From NCBI GenBank assembly GCA_951406725.2, contig OX597815.1, positions 201,934,001 to 201,998,000 of the forward strand: a stretch of DNA of 64,000 nucleotides, in the 5' to 3' direction. A model generated the notes under the pieces. It was not told the origin of the DNA. It saw nothing but the letters and a program-made list of their open reading frames with translations, and made no database searches. The first letter of the stretch is position 1. The number at the start of each line of letters is the position of its first letter. The translations under genes were made by a program, and so were the position numbers. This document shows positions 14,137 through 28,427 of the stretch, in pieces. This DNA is from Octopus vulgaris. Lineage: Eukaryota.

Positions 14137-14481
14137 GTAAATACCCCTCGGCCATGTAGGAACAGGAGTTTACACCTCCAAATTTCCCCCTCAGGGACAC
14201 AAATGTCGGCATGGTTACTTAAATGGAAGACCAGCAGTCGCCCATGCATACGAGGCTCCTCTCTCCACGTCACCGATGTTATACAAGGGAAAGGCAAAGG
14301 CAAAGGCAGAATCATCTTGGCACCAGTGACATCGGTACTAATTTCTATAACTGAGGGAACTGGTGCAACGTGAACTAAAGTGTCTTTCTCAAGAACACAT
14401 ATATACACGGCCCGTTTCGAGAATCAAACTCAATACCTCACGATTGTCAGCTCCACGCTCTAAACACTGAGCCATGCGCCT
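14137..14481 (-). mobile_element. tRNA-derived SINE, family D (CORE-like body)
   Basis: Minus strand GGCGCATGGCTCAGTGTTTAGAGCG head and CTTGAGAAAGACACTT body; homologous to 53527-53860. Confidence 0.75.
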
Positions 14482-14486
14482 TTAAA

Positions 14487-14527
<41 letters not shown>

Positions 14528-15179
14528 GCGCGCGCATACACATATATATATATGAATGCATAGATATATACATGCGTGGATTCATGCATACATGCAGCCA
14601 TCCACCCAACCACCCACCCATCCATACATACATGCTTTCGTAATACATATATACATACATACAAACACATTCTTACAGACATGTGTATCGAGTAGGTTTG
14701 GAAGGAAATCATTGACAGAAATTGCGATGTTTGTGTTTGCTTCCTCTTCATCAAACAAATTGATTAAGATTAGTTCCTTATATACTGAATCACTGTCAAC
14801 TTTTTTCCATGTAAAATGTAAGAAATATAGACTCAGTTAAAGTCACGTTGCGCAGAATAATACAGAATGATATAACAACCTACCGACAATCTGTGAAAGT
14901 ATTACAAGTAACGATAATTGTAACTTAAAAAGCTTACACTAAACATTAGTTAAGAATTATGATAAATTTTCTAAGAATTTCATTACGCAAAGATTAAACG
15001 CTTTTAAATAATAATCTTAATAAAACTTATCATTAGCATTTTAATGTATTCTCAAGAATATGTTAACCTAGAATATAATCGCATTATATCAAAGAATTTC
15101 ACAGAAAAACACTTTGTACTCTACTCGTAACGAAAATATACTTAATGCCAATGGCAAAAATGCAATACGAAAATTGACT

Positions 15180-15592
15180 CTCTCTTTTTTTCTCTTTTTT
15201 ACTTGTTTCAGTCATTTGACTGCGGCCATGCTGGAGCACCGCCTTTAGTCGAGCAAATCGACCCCGAGACTTATTTTTTGTAAGCCCAGTACTTATTCTA
15301 TCGGTCCCTTTTGCCGAACCTCTAGGTGACGGGGACATAAACACGCCAGCATCGGTTGTCAAGCAATGCTTGGGGGACAAATACAGACACACATACACGC
15401 ACACACACACATATATATATATATATATACGACGGGCTTCTTTCAGTTTCCGTCTACCAAATCTACTCACAAGGCTTTGGTCGGCTCGAGGCTATAGTAG
15501 AAGACACTTGCCCAAGATGCCAAGCAGTGGGACTGAACCCGGAACCATGTGGTTGGTAAGCAAGCTACTTACCACACATCCACTCCTGCGCC
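15180..15592 (-). mobile_element. SINE family A, full length
   Basis: Reverse complement of the family A head, body and tail. Confidence 0.9.
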
Positions 15593-16024
15593 TATCAAAT
15601 TGACGTCATCAATTTTATTATCAATACTACTAGAAGGCATTTTTATCCCTGCAAACTATCTTAAGAAGTAAGAGGTTAACCTCGTCTATTTTCTTCTCGT
15701 TTCTATCAGCTACGAGATGTTCTCTGTAAATATTCTCAAGCATATTTCCAGAGTAATCAGTGATAGAAATAAAAATATCAATGTATCTACAACAGCTAGG
15801 AAGTTGTTTAATTAAACTTATCATTTTCCGTTGTTATAAATCATTAAGGAAACTAAATTCACGCTACAATTATCAACCATCCGAATACCCTTATATTGTT
15901 TAAATTATATCATTTATTTTACCAGCTATAGCGGTTTGTGCGTGAGAACTGATAACATTAACCATCTCATTTAATCTACTTTTATTTAAACAAGTATACT
16001 TATTCTTCGTTAGGAAACCTTTAA

Positions 16025-16152
16025 GAGTGGCTGTGTGGTAAGTAGCTTGCTTACCAACCACATGGTTTCGGGTTCAGTCCCACTGCGTGGCATCTTGGAC
16101 AAGTGTCTTCTGCTACAGCCTAGGGGCCGACCAATGCCTTGTGAGTGGATTT
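16025..16152 (+). mobile_element. SINE family A, 5' fragment
   Basis: GAGTGGCTGTGTGGTAAGTAGCTTGC...GGTTCAGTCCC...CCTTGTGAGTGGATT. Confidence 0.85.
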
Positions 16153-16673
16153 ATCATTGCACGGCCCAGTTTTTTGTTACTCTTGATACAAAGTAGCAAT
16201 GTGTCTTATGTGCCTTTTTGCTGTTAAGTATCACACCCATAAATTTTACCAATAGAGTTACTAACGGATGAGTTTACCATATATTCAGACTTGACACAAT
16301 TAGCCTTTTGCAGGTCCACTTTAATTAACTGACTACAAAAACCAATCAATAAATTATCTTCCCTTAAAACTCAAGAACCTCTATCAATCTCTAATTATAA
16401 AAAGGGTACAGGATTTTAATATAATCCAGTATTTATTGTATAATTTCTCAATATAAAGTATGCTTGTCCCAAATTCCAGTTATGTCTCTGCCTAACATGG
16501 GCAGTTTTTGTTAATGTTCTGCTGTATCTAGACTACCTATTTCAGAATTATTTGATTAGGTTTACTCCCCTTCATCTACTACCGGGTCTATGCTTTGTAT
16601 TCTGAGGCTACAAATACTGCAATATGTTGCCTAAAATACTTATAAAATCATTAATGCCAACCTGCTTTAATAA

Positions 16674-17329
16674 TTGGGTCATCCCATAAATAATGCAGTT
16701 TTTTAATTTTTCTTTTATTTTTCAAAATTAAGATAAACAAAGTTCTTTTTTAATCTAAAATATATTCTCCATCATTTTCTACAATGCTCTTCTATCTATC
16801 AGTTACACTTGCGATTTCTCGCTTCCAAAATTCACTTGTCCTTGGCGAAAAATACTCCTCCATCACTGTGCTGACTTTGTCTACAGAGTTCATATATCTT
16901 GTGTCCAAATGATTTTAAAGACTGCAGAATAAATGACAATCAACTAGGACAATGTCCGCTGAATAATATGGTGGATGGGGCATCGCTTGCCATTTAAACT
17001 GCTCCAGCTTTTGGAATGTCATCCTCGCTGTATGTGGCTGAGCATTATCCTGATGAAAGAACACCTTTCGTCTTGAAGCAAAAAGGTCGTCGTTTTTCCC
17101 CCAAGACTGATTTGAATGTCGGGTTGAATGACCAAATTCATGATTCTCTGCTAGGTCCACAGCAGTCATGATTCTCTGCTAGGTCCACAACTGTCATGAT
17201 GCAAACAAGTGTTTACAGCACGTCTTCGTCGAACTTTACAGATTTTCCAGGACGAGGTTTATCTTCTAGGCTGTAGCTTCATGCTCGGAATTTCTGGAAC
17301 CACTGTCGACATAGACTTGCGCTTATTAT

Positions 17330-17360
<31 letters not shown>

Positions 17361-17889
17361 GTACTTGTTTCAGTCATTTGACTGCGGCCATGCTGGAGCA
17401 CCGCCTTTAGAGTGGTGAAAGAGTACAGCAGGGATCACCACCACCCCCTGCCGGAGCCTCGTGGAGCTTTTAGGTGTTTTCGCTCAATAAACACACACAA
17501 CGCCCGGTCTGGGAATCGAAACTACGATCCTCCGACCGCAAGTCCGCTGCCCTAACCACTGGGCCATTGCGCCTCCGCATTGCGCCTCCGCCATTGCAAT
17601 CCCTATATACTACATTAATATACTTCGCATATTAAGTTGCAATGTTGCCTTTATTGAACTCATAAATGAAAATATGTCGAATATGCTCCTTCGTCGCTTC
17701 TACTATTACTTTTAAAAAAATAGCTGTAAAAATTGAACTGTACTCTTCAAAATTTACACTAAGAATAAGTATTATGTAAAATTACCACTTGCTTTTATAG
17801 CAAGTTGATGCAAGTAGTTTGTCCCTTCCACCGCCAACTACTATTTCAGCCAATTAAAAAACAACCTTATTATCTATGGGTTGACCCAA
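16674..17889 (-). mobile_element. Decayed, internally deleted mariner DNA transposon interrupted by SINE pieces
   Basis: TIRs TTGGGTCATCCCATAAATAAT (16674) and ATTATCTATGGGTTGACCCAA (ends 17889, followed by TA); minus-strand KEHIRHIFIYEFNKG N-terminus and HQDNAQPH...PHPPY.S.D...D.HLF.SL catalytic region. Confidence 0.85.
17335..17590 (-). mobile_element. Chimeric SINE: family C 5' part joined to family A 3' tail and poly(A)
   Basis: 17412-17590 is the reverse complement of the family C head; 17360-17410 is the reverse complement of GGCGGTGCTCCAGCATGGCCGCAGTCAAATGACTGAAAC; poly(T) at 17335-17360. Confidence 0.8.
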
Positions 17890-18052
17890 TACATACATAC
17901 TGATGTAATAATTGAATTACATTGACATACATAATGCGCACCGCTCGTATAGCAATACATTGGGGAAAAAAAACAGTAGACAATTAAGAAACGGTCATTT
18001 ATGATAAGAACAACATGTTATCTATTGCATTCTTTTCTAATTCACTTAATAA

Positions 18053-18262
18053 GGCGCGAGCTGACAGAAACGTTAGCACGCCAGGCGAAATTGCTTAGCA
18101 GTATTTCGTTTGCCGCTACGTTCTGAGTTCAAATTCTGCCGATGTTGACTTTGCCTTTCATCCTTTCGGGCACGGTAAATTAAGTACTAGCTGCATACTG
18201 GGGTCGATCTAATCGACTGGTCGCGACTCCAAAATTTAGGGTCTTGTGCCCAGAGTAGAAAA
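18053..18262 (+). mobile_element. SINE family B
   Basis: GCGAGCTGACAGAAACGTTAGCACGCC...GAGTTCAAATTC...GACTTTGCCTTTCATCC. Confidence 0.8.
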
Positions 18263-19689
18263 CAATATTTTCCACTTAATAAATACAATGTAAACAGTTA
18301 CATCTCCAACATTTACTAGCAACACTGCTAAATCAATGAGATTGTCTCTTTGCAACAGAGGCAATTCACAAGAAGATAAAATGAGTGAGGTTCTACTCAC
18401 TAGATCCAACGATATGCATACACGAACGATATGCATACATATATATCATCATGTGATCATGTGATCGATTATACTATCGAATGTTGTTATACATCGTTGA
18501 TCACAATGCGCTTTACATCGCTTTACTTTTTAAATGACACCAACCAAATGGTTACCAAGATTCTCCTTTATTAGAAGAGTATTCCGTCGCAAGAATATTC
18601 ATTTTTAGCTTAGTAATCTGGAACAGCTTGAAATGAATGGTTTTGCCCATTAAGTAAGAAAATCGAGTCCACGCTCTACTGATCATGATGCAACACATAT
18701 CCATAGAGTCACACGCCCCCTCTCTCTCATACACTCACTCACAGACACAAATACACATACACAAACACGCGCACACAAATGCACAGACACGCGTTTGCAC
18801 ATATATACACATACACACATAATATTCTGGAGCTTCTAGCACCAAATTTTGGAACTCCATTAAACTGGGCATCACTTCGTATTGCCAAAAACACCAGAAC
18901 ATCATGTAAAGTTCAGACATGATATCTTAACAGTTATGTGTTCAAGGAGACATAGTTTTGATTTTCATGCCAAAAACAATTCATAGAGAACTTCCAAGAG
19001 CAGTTATCGGTCTTTTCAGGGAACATTTAGTTATAGTTTGCATTGAGATACTGGATGAGCGCGTATGATTGAATGAAACACAAATAAGGATAGCTTTGTC
19101 CGTTTACTGTTTCATCTGAACCAAATTTGGAGACTGGGAAACAAAGTGACCTGAAATAAAGTATCGAACACAGCAATCTAGTCGCGTCTGATTTAAAAGT
19201 TCAAGACATTTTGAAAATACATGTGGTGTAGGTGGCAAAAAAACATCAATGACTTGGCATGTGTGTGTGTGTGTGGGCGCAAGTATGTGTATGCATGAAG
19301 CCAATGTGTATGTGTTTATATGTAAGCAAGAGCACGCGCACGTGTGGCTGTGGGTGTATGAACAAGCATGTAATTGTGAACAAGCATGTGTGTGAGAAGA
19401 AGCATGTGGGTGTGAACAAGTATGTCGTTTTGATCAACGTGATTCTCAGGCGCTGTCCGGTTCCAACACTTCTAGCGGCTGTTCCTTCTTGCCTTTTCCA
19501 TCTTCTGACTTTCATTTCACTGAACCCTTTCAACGTCGAGTATTTGACTGGTGCTAAAGATCGCATCTCATCAAACTGAATGCAATACTTAGAAGTATTT
19601 TCGGGATTGTCTGTCCTTACGGGGCTTAGAAAATCTTACGTTGATTTGAATTTTGAAACCTGTCTAGCAATCTTGAACAAATGTACTAT

Positions 19690-19950
19690 GACTTTCTATG
19701 CTACAAATACTAGTTTGCTGAACTATTTTCAGACTACAGAACTAAATCTCGGACTCTGTATGGACGACTTTGGAAAACTGCAGTTTTTCTCCCAGGTCTA
19801 CTTTCATATCCCATGATTGGGACACATGTAATAAACGATTTATCCTTTTTGCTATCCTCACTAGCTTTCCTCCTTCTTTCACGAATTTCATTGCCACCGT
19901 TGTTTTCACTTCATGATGGTGTTTCTTCAGCCGTTCTTGTTCTAGGGTGA
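19690..19950 (-). pseudogene. Hero/R2-like non-LTR retrotransposon, remnant at the start of the restriction-like endonuclease
   Basis: LEQERLKK...KFVKEG...SQSWDMKVDLGEKLQF..VVHT, then a frameshifted DLVL.S, resembling W.L.VDL...L.FP...T.LRPD.VLWS. Confidence 0.55.
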
Positions 19951-21194
19951 GAGAAAGAGATGGGGGGGGAGAGAGCGAGAGAGCTGGAAGCAATTTGTCA
20001 TGGTGCTAATTCATGCACATTCGTATATGCACACACATACACTGACATACACAGAAACACACGCTCAATTACACATACACACACACAAAAATATTCTCAC
20101 ATGCACATACACATATACATATATTCTTACACAAATACAAGCACTTAATCCGTGTATGTGTGTGTGTGTGCTTATGGTAGAAAATAGAGATGTAATATTC
20201 AATTGAATATAGCACTTCCTTTGTTCTTTTGTTATAATATCATCCGGTCTGTCATATATGAACGAACGCTCAATTATCTAGACAATACTAACGATATGGA
20301 AGGATTTAGTTTAACGTGCCTCTATTTGTGCAACTTGTGTACATGAACATTGAAGGTTTAAAATGCATTCAATCTAAATATCTAAAATATCTAACTTTAT
20401 TCAGAAGCAGTTGTATAGAATTGGGAATCGAGAACAATTGTCTTGGTTATTGTTGCTTTCTCCGTTGGACAAATGCATACATTGCTATGAATGTGCTCAT
20501 TAAGCAGAATCTATATTATTTCTTGGTGCACACTTAGAGATCAAACACAGTCTAAATATTGGCATACTTATTGCTAGTTGGTGTCTATAGAATCATTACT
20601 GCAATTTATACGAATTTGTCACTTGACTGAATACACTTTAGTAATATTTAGGCATGAAATTATGTGACAGCCTATTCGACCAGGTCAGTGCAATGTTCAA
20701 TCACAGTGTTATATTGATGATATTCTCTTTATTGGCGAATTTCCTATTCCGATTTCTTCATTCATTGAACCGTAATCCGTTTCAATACAATGAAAACAAC
20801 TTATGGTTATTTGTCTCGAAATTCTGAAAGCTTTTAATTCTTCCAATACTGTGTAATTAGTTAAAACTCGGGAAATCAATCAATTATCTCTTATATCAAA
20901 CGCATCTAACTACGTAAAAATGTAAATGATAAATCTGTATTTGCATGCAGCCTTCTATGATAATTTCAATTTCTCTTTCTGTTTATCCATCTAAATATAA
21001 CACATTATAGATTATAAACATATACATAGATCATTACATACATGCGAGCCTAGAAACCCATAATACTGTGCATTTGACCGGAAGAAAAATATATAACCAT
21101 TTTCACAATATTTCAGATGTGTGGGTTTAAATGGAATGGCATAACTTTGAGATCAGAATGTAGCTGTATTTCAAACAGTCTTTAATGAATATGT

Positions 21195-21316
<122 letters not shown>

Positions 21317-21385
21317 GGTCCCGGGTTGATTCGGGGTTAACCACAGTAAGTAAGGTACTCAATACATAGCAGAGTAAAATTAATT

Positions 21386-21773
21386 TATTATATAGAAGGA
21401 GCTTCTACAGGACTAGTACTGTTTCATTCAAGAGAAATCTTCAGGAAGCTATTTAACAAGAATTGTATTAGCATTTATACATTTAGGCAGGTTTAAAGGA
21501 GTGGTGGTGGGGGACTTTTTGGGGGGTAGGCATAGCGCAAAATATCATACTTGGGGGAGTGGTCAAGGAGTCAGTGGTAAGTTAGATGAAAGAATAGATA
21601 AATAAAAAAATAAAAAAATAAAAAATATATATAAAAAAATATATATATAAAAAATATATATATAAAAAAAGGGGGATAGAGTTATAGGTAAATAAGGAGA
21701 TTCTCACTTATACCTATACACACATGTATACGTATCTACACATACATATATATATACACATATATATACACAC

Positions 21774-21810
<37 letters not shown>

Positions 21811-22488
21811 CATATATACACACATACATACATATCTACATACACACATACATACACCCGCCCACATATACAAATTTATACACATGCACATACCTATACC
21901 TGTCTACACATACACACACGTATATGTGCATACACTCACTCCCATGCATGCACGCATACACACATGTATATATATATATATATATATATATACCCACGAC
22001 CACACATACATATATACACATAAAAATATATCTTCATACGCACATACACTCATGCACACACAACACACCTAGTTCCCTATATACACATATTTACACCTAT
22101 ATATACATACACCCACATACACCTATGTACATATATATATATATATAAACATATACACGCATACATATATATACATGTGTGCACATACATACATACACAC
22201 ATATATATATACATACACATACGCATACACATGTGTACCTATACATACCTACACATACACACATACATACATACAAATATACATATACATATATATATAT
22301 ACAATCCAATACAGGCCCATTCCCTAATTTTAATTTTATTATCTTCATATATTACTTTTGTTATCTTTGATCGCTAGAGCTAAGAATCCTGGCAGTGGCT
22401 GCATGTCCATTTGTCTGTCTACTAGAAGGCAAGTACTCATTCCCGCACGCACACTCATTAGCACGTACATTCACCCATTCGTACACTC
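21386..22488 (-). repeat. Left inverted arm (copy of the element's 3' end)
   Basis: Reverse complement of 26733-27845 apart from small homopolymer and microsatellite length differences; the ORF track shows identical peptides on opposite strands (22177-22377 vs 26844-27044). Confidence 0.95.
21400..21450 (-). ncRNA. Type I hammerhead ribozyme (left arm)
   Basis: Exact reverse complement of 27781-27831. Confidence 0.8.
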
Positions 22489-24504
22489 TTCTTCGACAAC
22501 CCTGATGTAGCATCTACCAGTAATGATAAGTACGGCTTCAAATCAAATAAGGCCCCTCCTACCAACAGCCTACTTGAACCGTTTGAAGAAGACCTCTTCC
22601 TCATGATAAAAAACATCAAATTCAGGAGAGTCAACTTACCTTTCCAAACGGAACTGAATGCGAAGCTTTCGAAAATGAAAAGCTCCCAGAACCTCCATGT
22701 CCCTTCGGACAAGACAAAAAATATTTACGCGGTGACTCCGGATACCTATAATAGACTAGCCGATAACGCCATCACAGCTAAATACAAGAAAGTAGACGAC
22801 GCAGCGCTAACTGAAACCAACTTGGCCGGGAAAGAGATTGCCACCTCCCTTAAAATCGACGACCGAACAGAACCCCTGAGGGTGAAGTCCCCACACTTCA
22901 CCCTGAAAGACCACAAAGACCATTTCGAAAATAAACCGTCGGTCCGTTTGATTAACCCAACCAAGTCTGACATCGGATCCGTCAGCAAGAAGATCCTGGA
23001 CAGGATTTTACCAAAAATGCGTGAAGCTTCACCCCTTCCACTCTGGAATAGGACCTCCGAGGCAATAACTTGGTTCCGGGATTTACCAGATAAAAGCAAC
23101 ACCCGATTCCTACAACTGGATATCGAGGATTACTACGCCTCTATATCGGAGAGCTTGCTGATCGATGCGATTAACTTCGCCAGGAGGTCCTCCACCATCA
23201 CCGAGGCCGAGCAAGATGTGATCCTCCACGCACGTAAGACTTTTCTTTTCTATGACGGATCCCACTGGATCAACAAAAAATCTGTGACCCCCTTCGACGT
23301 CAGCATGGGTGCTAACGACTCTGCTGAAATAAGTGACCTAGTGGGCCTTTTCATCCTCCATAGGCTGAAAACCCTATTCACAGGCCTCTCCGGTGGTCTT
23401 TACCGAGATGACGGCCTTTTCGCCCTCCACAATATAAACCCCAGGACCACGGATGGGTTCCGGAAAAATCTTCACACCTTCTTTAAAAACTTAGGCCTTA
23501 GGATTACCCTAGAATCCAACTTAACAAAGGCTAACTTCCTAGATGTCACCCACGACTTAAAAACCTCACTTTATTACCCGTACCACAAACCAAATGAATC
23601 CCTTAGATATATAGATATCAATTCCAACCACCCCAGAAATATATTAGATAACCTAGTAAAAAGTGTCTCAATTAGAATCTCTAGCCTGTCCGCCACGGAA
23701 GATATCTTTAAGGCCGCAGCCCCCTATTACAACGAGGCCCTGGCCCGCAGCGGTTTTAAAGATAAGATTACCTACACTAGTATAGCCCCACGCCAACCCA
23801 GGAAAAATAGACGAAGACACATTAGCTGGTACAACCCCCCCTTCAACCGTGAGGTCGCTACACCTGTAGCTAAGATCTTTTTCACTCTCCTACAGAAACA
23901 CTTCCCCACCCAACATAAGTACTACACTATCCTAAATAAGAACACTATTAGACTCTCCTACTCTACCACGCCCAACCTAGCCAGGAACCTAGCCAACAAC
24001 AATGTGAAAAAACTTAACATATCTACTTTCTCCGGGGCCCATCCAACGTCCGATAGCAATTGCAACTGCCATGATAAAACCACCTGCCCCCTCAACAACA
24101 ACTGCCTACAGAGGGACCTAGTATATAAATGCGAGGTAAGATCAGGCCTTGACGATAAAAGTAAATCCTACATTGGAATGACGTCAAACAGCTTTAAGAC
24201 CCGCTGGTACGCACATACACACTCGTTCCGGCGACAGGATAAATCCAACCAAACTACCCTCGCCGCCCACATCTGGTACCTTAAAAGGAACTCAATCCCC
24301 TTCAAGACCAAGTGGAAACTACTACAGAAGGCGCGCTCGTACACAGGAGGACATACCTGCTGTGACCTATGCATATCAGAGAGCCTAGAGATCTTGTTCG
24401 CCAAAGGCCCTCTCCTTAACAAATTTTCAGAACACTCCCCAAATTGCATGCATAAGAAGTATGCGAACTACAAGAACTATAGACCTACCCGGCAACCTGA
24501 TTGA
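22489..24504 (+). CDS. PLE reverse transcriptase-GIY-YIG endonuclease, N-terminally truncated (first ATG 22603)
   Basis: RT motifs VRLINPTKSDIG, QLDIEDYYASI, DVSMGANDSAEISDLVG, GLYRDDGL, NFLDVT, YIDINSNHP, WYNPPF; linker CNCHDKTTCPLNNNC (CxCx5C); EN LVYKC...SYIGMT...FKTRW..H, CDLCISE, LLNK..E...CMH. The frame stays open for 38 codons upstream of the ATG (FFDNP...YGFKSNKAPP...FEEDL) up to the inversion junction. Confidence 0.93.
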   Translation, partial: FFDNPDVASTSNDKYGFKSNKAPPTNSLLEPFEEDLFLMIKNIKFRRVNLPFQTELNAKLSKMKSSQNLHVPSDKTKNIYAVTPDTYNRLADNAITAKYKKVDDAALTETNLAGKEIATSLKIDDRTEPLRVKSPHFTLKDHKDHFENKPSVRLINPTKSDIGSVSKKILDRILPKMREASPLPLWNRTSEAITWFRDLPDKSNTRFLQLDIEDYYASISESLLIDAINFARRSSTITEAEQDVILHARKTFLFYDGSHWINKKSVTPFDVSMGANDSAEISDLVGLFILHRLKTLFTGLSGGLYRDDGLFALHNINPRTTDGFRKNLHTFFKNLGLRITLESNLTKANFLDVTHDLKTSLYYPYHKPNESLRYIDINSNHPRNILDNLVKSVSIRISSLSATEDIFKAAAPYYNEALARSGFKDKITYTSIAPRQPRKNRRRHISWYNPPFNREVATPVAKIFFTLLQKHFPTQHKYYTILNKNTIRLSYSTTPNLARNLANNNVKKLNISTFSGAHPTSDSNCNCHDKTTCPLNNNCLQRDLVYKCEVRSGLDDKSKSYIGMTSNSFKTRWYAHTHSFRRQDKSNQTTLAAHIWYLKRNSIPFKTKWKLLQKARSYTGGHTCCDLCISESLEILFAKGPLLNKFSEHSPNCMHKKYANYKNYRPTRQPD

Positions 24505-24507
24505 TGA

Positions 24508-24580
24508 CAACCCCCCCTAAACCCCCCCCTACAACCCCCCTACAACCCCCCCAACCCCACTGTTCCCCTAGCACCCCCGA
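24508..24580 (+). repeat. C-rich short tandem repeat (CAACCCCCCTA-like) just after the PLE stop
   Basis: caacccccccta aacccccccta caaccccccta caacccccccaacccc. Confidence 0.8.
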
Positions 24581-24747
24581 TTACCTTTTCTCCTAAGACC
24601 TTTCACATATTATATGTGCACGCTTGTATATGTGTATCGTATGTATGTATATATGTATAGAAATGCATGGGTACAGTAGGAATATACGCATGTATTATGT
24701 GTGTGTGTGTGTATGTATGCATGAAAAAAGATATATGTATATATATT

Positions 24748-24810
<63 letters not shown>

Positions 24811-25460
24811 GCTTGTATGTGTGTGTGTGTGTATGTGTATATGTGTTTGTATGTATATGTGTATATATGTATATGCATATGTATGTGTAAATGTATGTGC
24901 TTATGTATGTGTATGTATGTATAAAATATTATATAATTAGGGCTTAGGAAAATAAAATAAATTACTTTGCCACATACTAAACTTTCTAGAAATAGCAGCC
25001 AATAAAGTTTTTTAGCCTCTTCCACTACTTAGAGAATTTTTTTCCCTCTAACATTGTTTACTCAAAATAATAATGGTCCCTTTACATACTGAACACTTGA
25101 TGAAATTGATTAATAACTAATTAACTTTACCCTCCCTTGTTGATATATATATACATATGTATATGTGTACATGTATGTATATATATATATATATATGTGT
25201 GTGTGTATGTGTGTATGTATGTATTTGTATATGTGTGTGTGTATATGTATGTGTGCGCGTGTGTGTGTATGTATGTGTATGTATACTTGTATATGTATAT
25301 GCATGAATGTATATATATGTGTGTGTATATGTGTATTATGTATGTATTTATATAGATATGTAGTTTATATATATATATGTATGTATATGCATCTGTCTGT
25401 GTGTGTGTATGTGTATATATGTGTATCATTTTTGCGTATGTATACATGTATATGTGTATA

Positions 25461-25495
<35 letters not shown>

Positions 25496-25634
25496 GTATA
25501 TATATGTGTATATATATATGTATATATATATATATGCATACGTATGTGTATGTACATGTATATATGTATGTGTGTATATGTATATATGTTTATATATGTG
25601 AGTATGTAGTGATATAAGTATATGCATGTGTATA

Positions 25635-25669
<35 letters not shown>

Positions 25670-25864
25670 GTATGGGTATGTGTATCAGTGTATATGTATA
25701 TATGTATGTGTGTGTGTATGTATATGTATGTATATGTGTATATATGTATGTGTATATGTGTATATATATGTATATATATATATGTATGTGTGTGTGTGTG
25801 TATGTATGTGTATGTGTATGTATGTGTATGTATATATATATATATATATGTGTATGTATGTATA

Positions 25865-25921
<57 letters not shown>

Positions 25922-26241
25922 ATATGTGTGTGTATATATATATATATATGTATATATATATGAGTGCGTGTGTGTATGTATGCATATATGTATGTATGCA
26001 TGTATATGTGTATGTATATATATGTGTGTAAGTGTGTGCATATATGTATATGTAAGTATGTGTGCGCGTATGAGTATGTATGTATGCTTGCACACGTGTA
26101 TATATATGTGTGTGTGTGTATATATATGGATGCGCGTGCGTGTGTGCACGTGTATGGGTACGCATGTATATGTGTATGTGCGTGTATGTGTATACGTGTA
26201 TGTATGTATGTGTGTGCGTAGATTTGTATATGTATGTGTGA

Positions 26242-26280
<39 letters not shown>

Positions 26281-26462
26281 TATAGATGGGTGTGTGTATG
26301 CGTATAAATGCATGTAAGTATGGATGTATGGATGTATGTATGTATGTATACGTATGTATGTGTGTATGTGTGTATGTATATATATATGTGTGTATATATA
26401 TGTTTGTGTATGTATATATATGTGTATGTATGTGTGTGTATATGTATGTGTGTATGTGTATG

Positions 26463-26518
<56 letters not shown>

Positions 26519-26732
26519 TAGGTATGTATCTGTATGTAGGAGTATATATGTGTGTGTGTGTCTGTATATGTGTGTATATATATATGTATGTATATTTATT
26601 GGTGTATATGTATAGACTAGCCTCCTAAAGTGTAGACACGAATCTGTAGGTACGAGTACGTATGTGTATATACGTGAACGTATGTAGATGTTTGTATGTA
26701 TGAATATAACGCGTGCGTACGTGTATGTGTAT

Positions 26733-27957
<1,225 letters not shown>

Positions 27958-28092
27958 CATATATATATATATACATGCACATACATATATATATATACAT
28001 ATATAAAACGATTTCTGTTCAATCTGTTCAAATAAAACGATTTCTGTTCAATCTGCGTTCAGCTCCATTTCTTCAATTCACCAATAATGTTC

Positions 28093-28165
<73 letters not shown>

Positions 28166-28381
28166 GGACCATTCAAAATGTGACCACGTGTGTACCGTTG
28201 TCGATTTTTTTCCTCTGTCTTCCCTTCTCTGCATCTTTCCTTCTCCTATGTTTCCGACGAAGAGCTCCGTTCGAAACGTTAAACCCTCCTTCTTTCCTTC
28301 TTTCCTGAGCGTCCAATAATACTATATTTGTTCCATGTCCTCGCGTTGTTGTGTTTTCTCTTTGTGTTTCCGCGTTTGGAT

Positions 28382-28387
<6 letters not shown>
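28166..28387 (+). mobile_element. HHR-bearing element, H1-related subfamily (HHR 28250-28284)
   Basis: GTTT CCGACGA A GAGC TCC GTTC GAAA CG TT AAAC, then a ~100-nt tail running into (TA)n; homologue at 30400-30590. Confidence 0.7.

Positions 28388-28427
<40 letters not shown>

Noticed and set aside
22458-24449. Antisense ORFs at 22458-22712, 22746-23102 and 24168-24449
   Set aside because: Shadows of the GC-richer PLE coding strand; no motifs.
24499-24510. Tandem TGA TGA at the PLE ORF end as possible selenocysteine recoding (as in some Naiad PLEs)
   Set aside because: Conserved cysteines are encoded normally, there are no internal TGA codons, the domain order is RT-EN rather than Naiad EN-RT, and the downstream sequence is low complexity.
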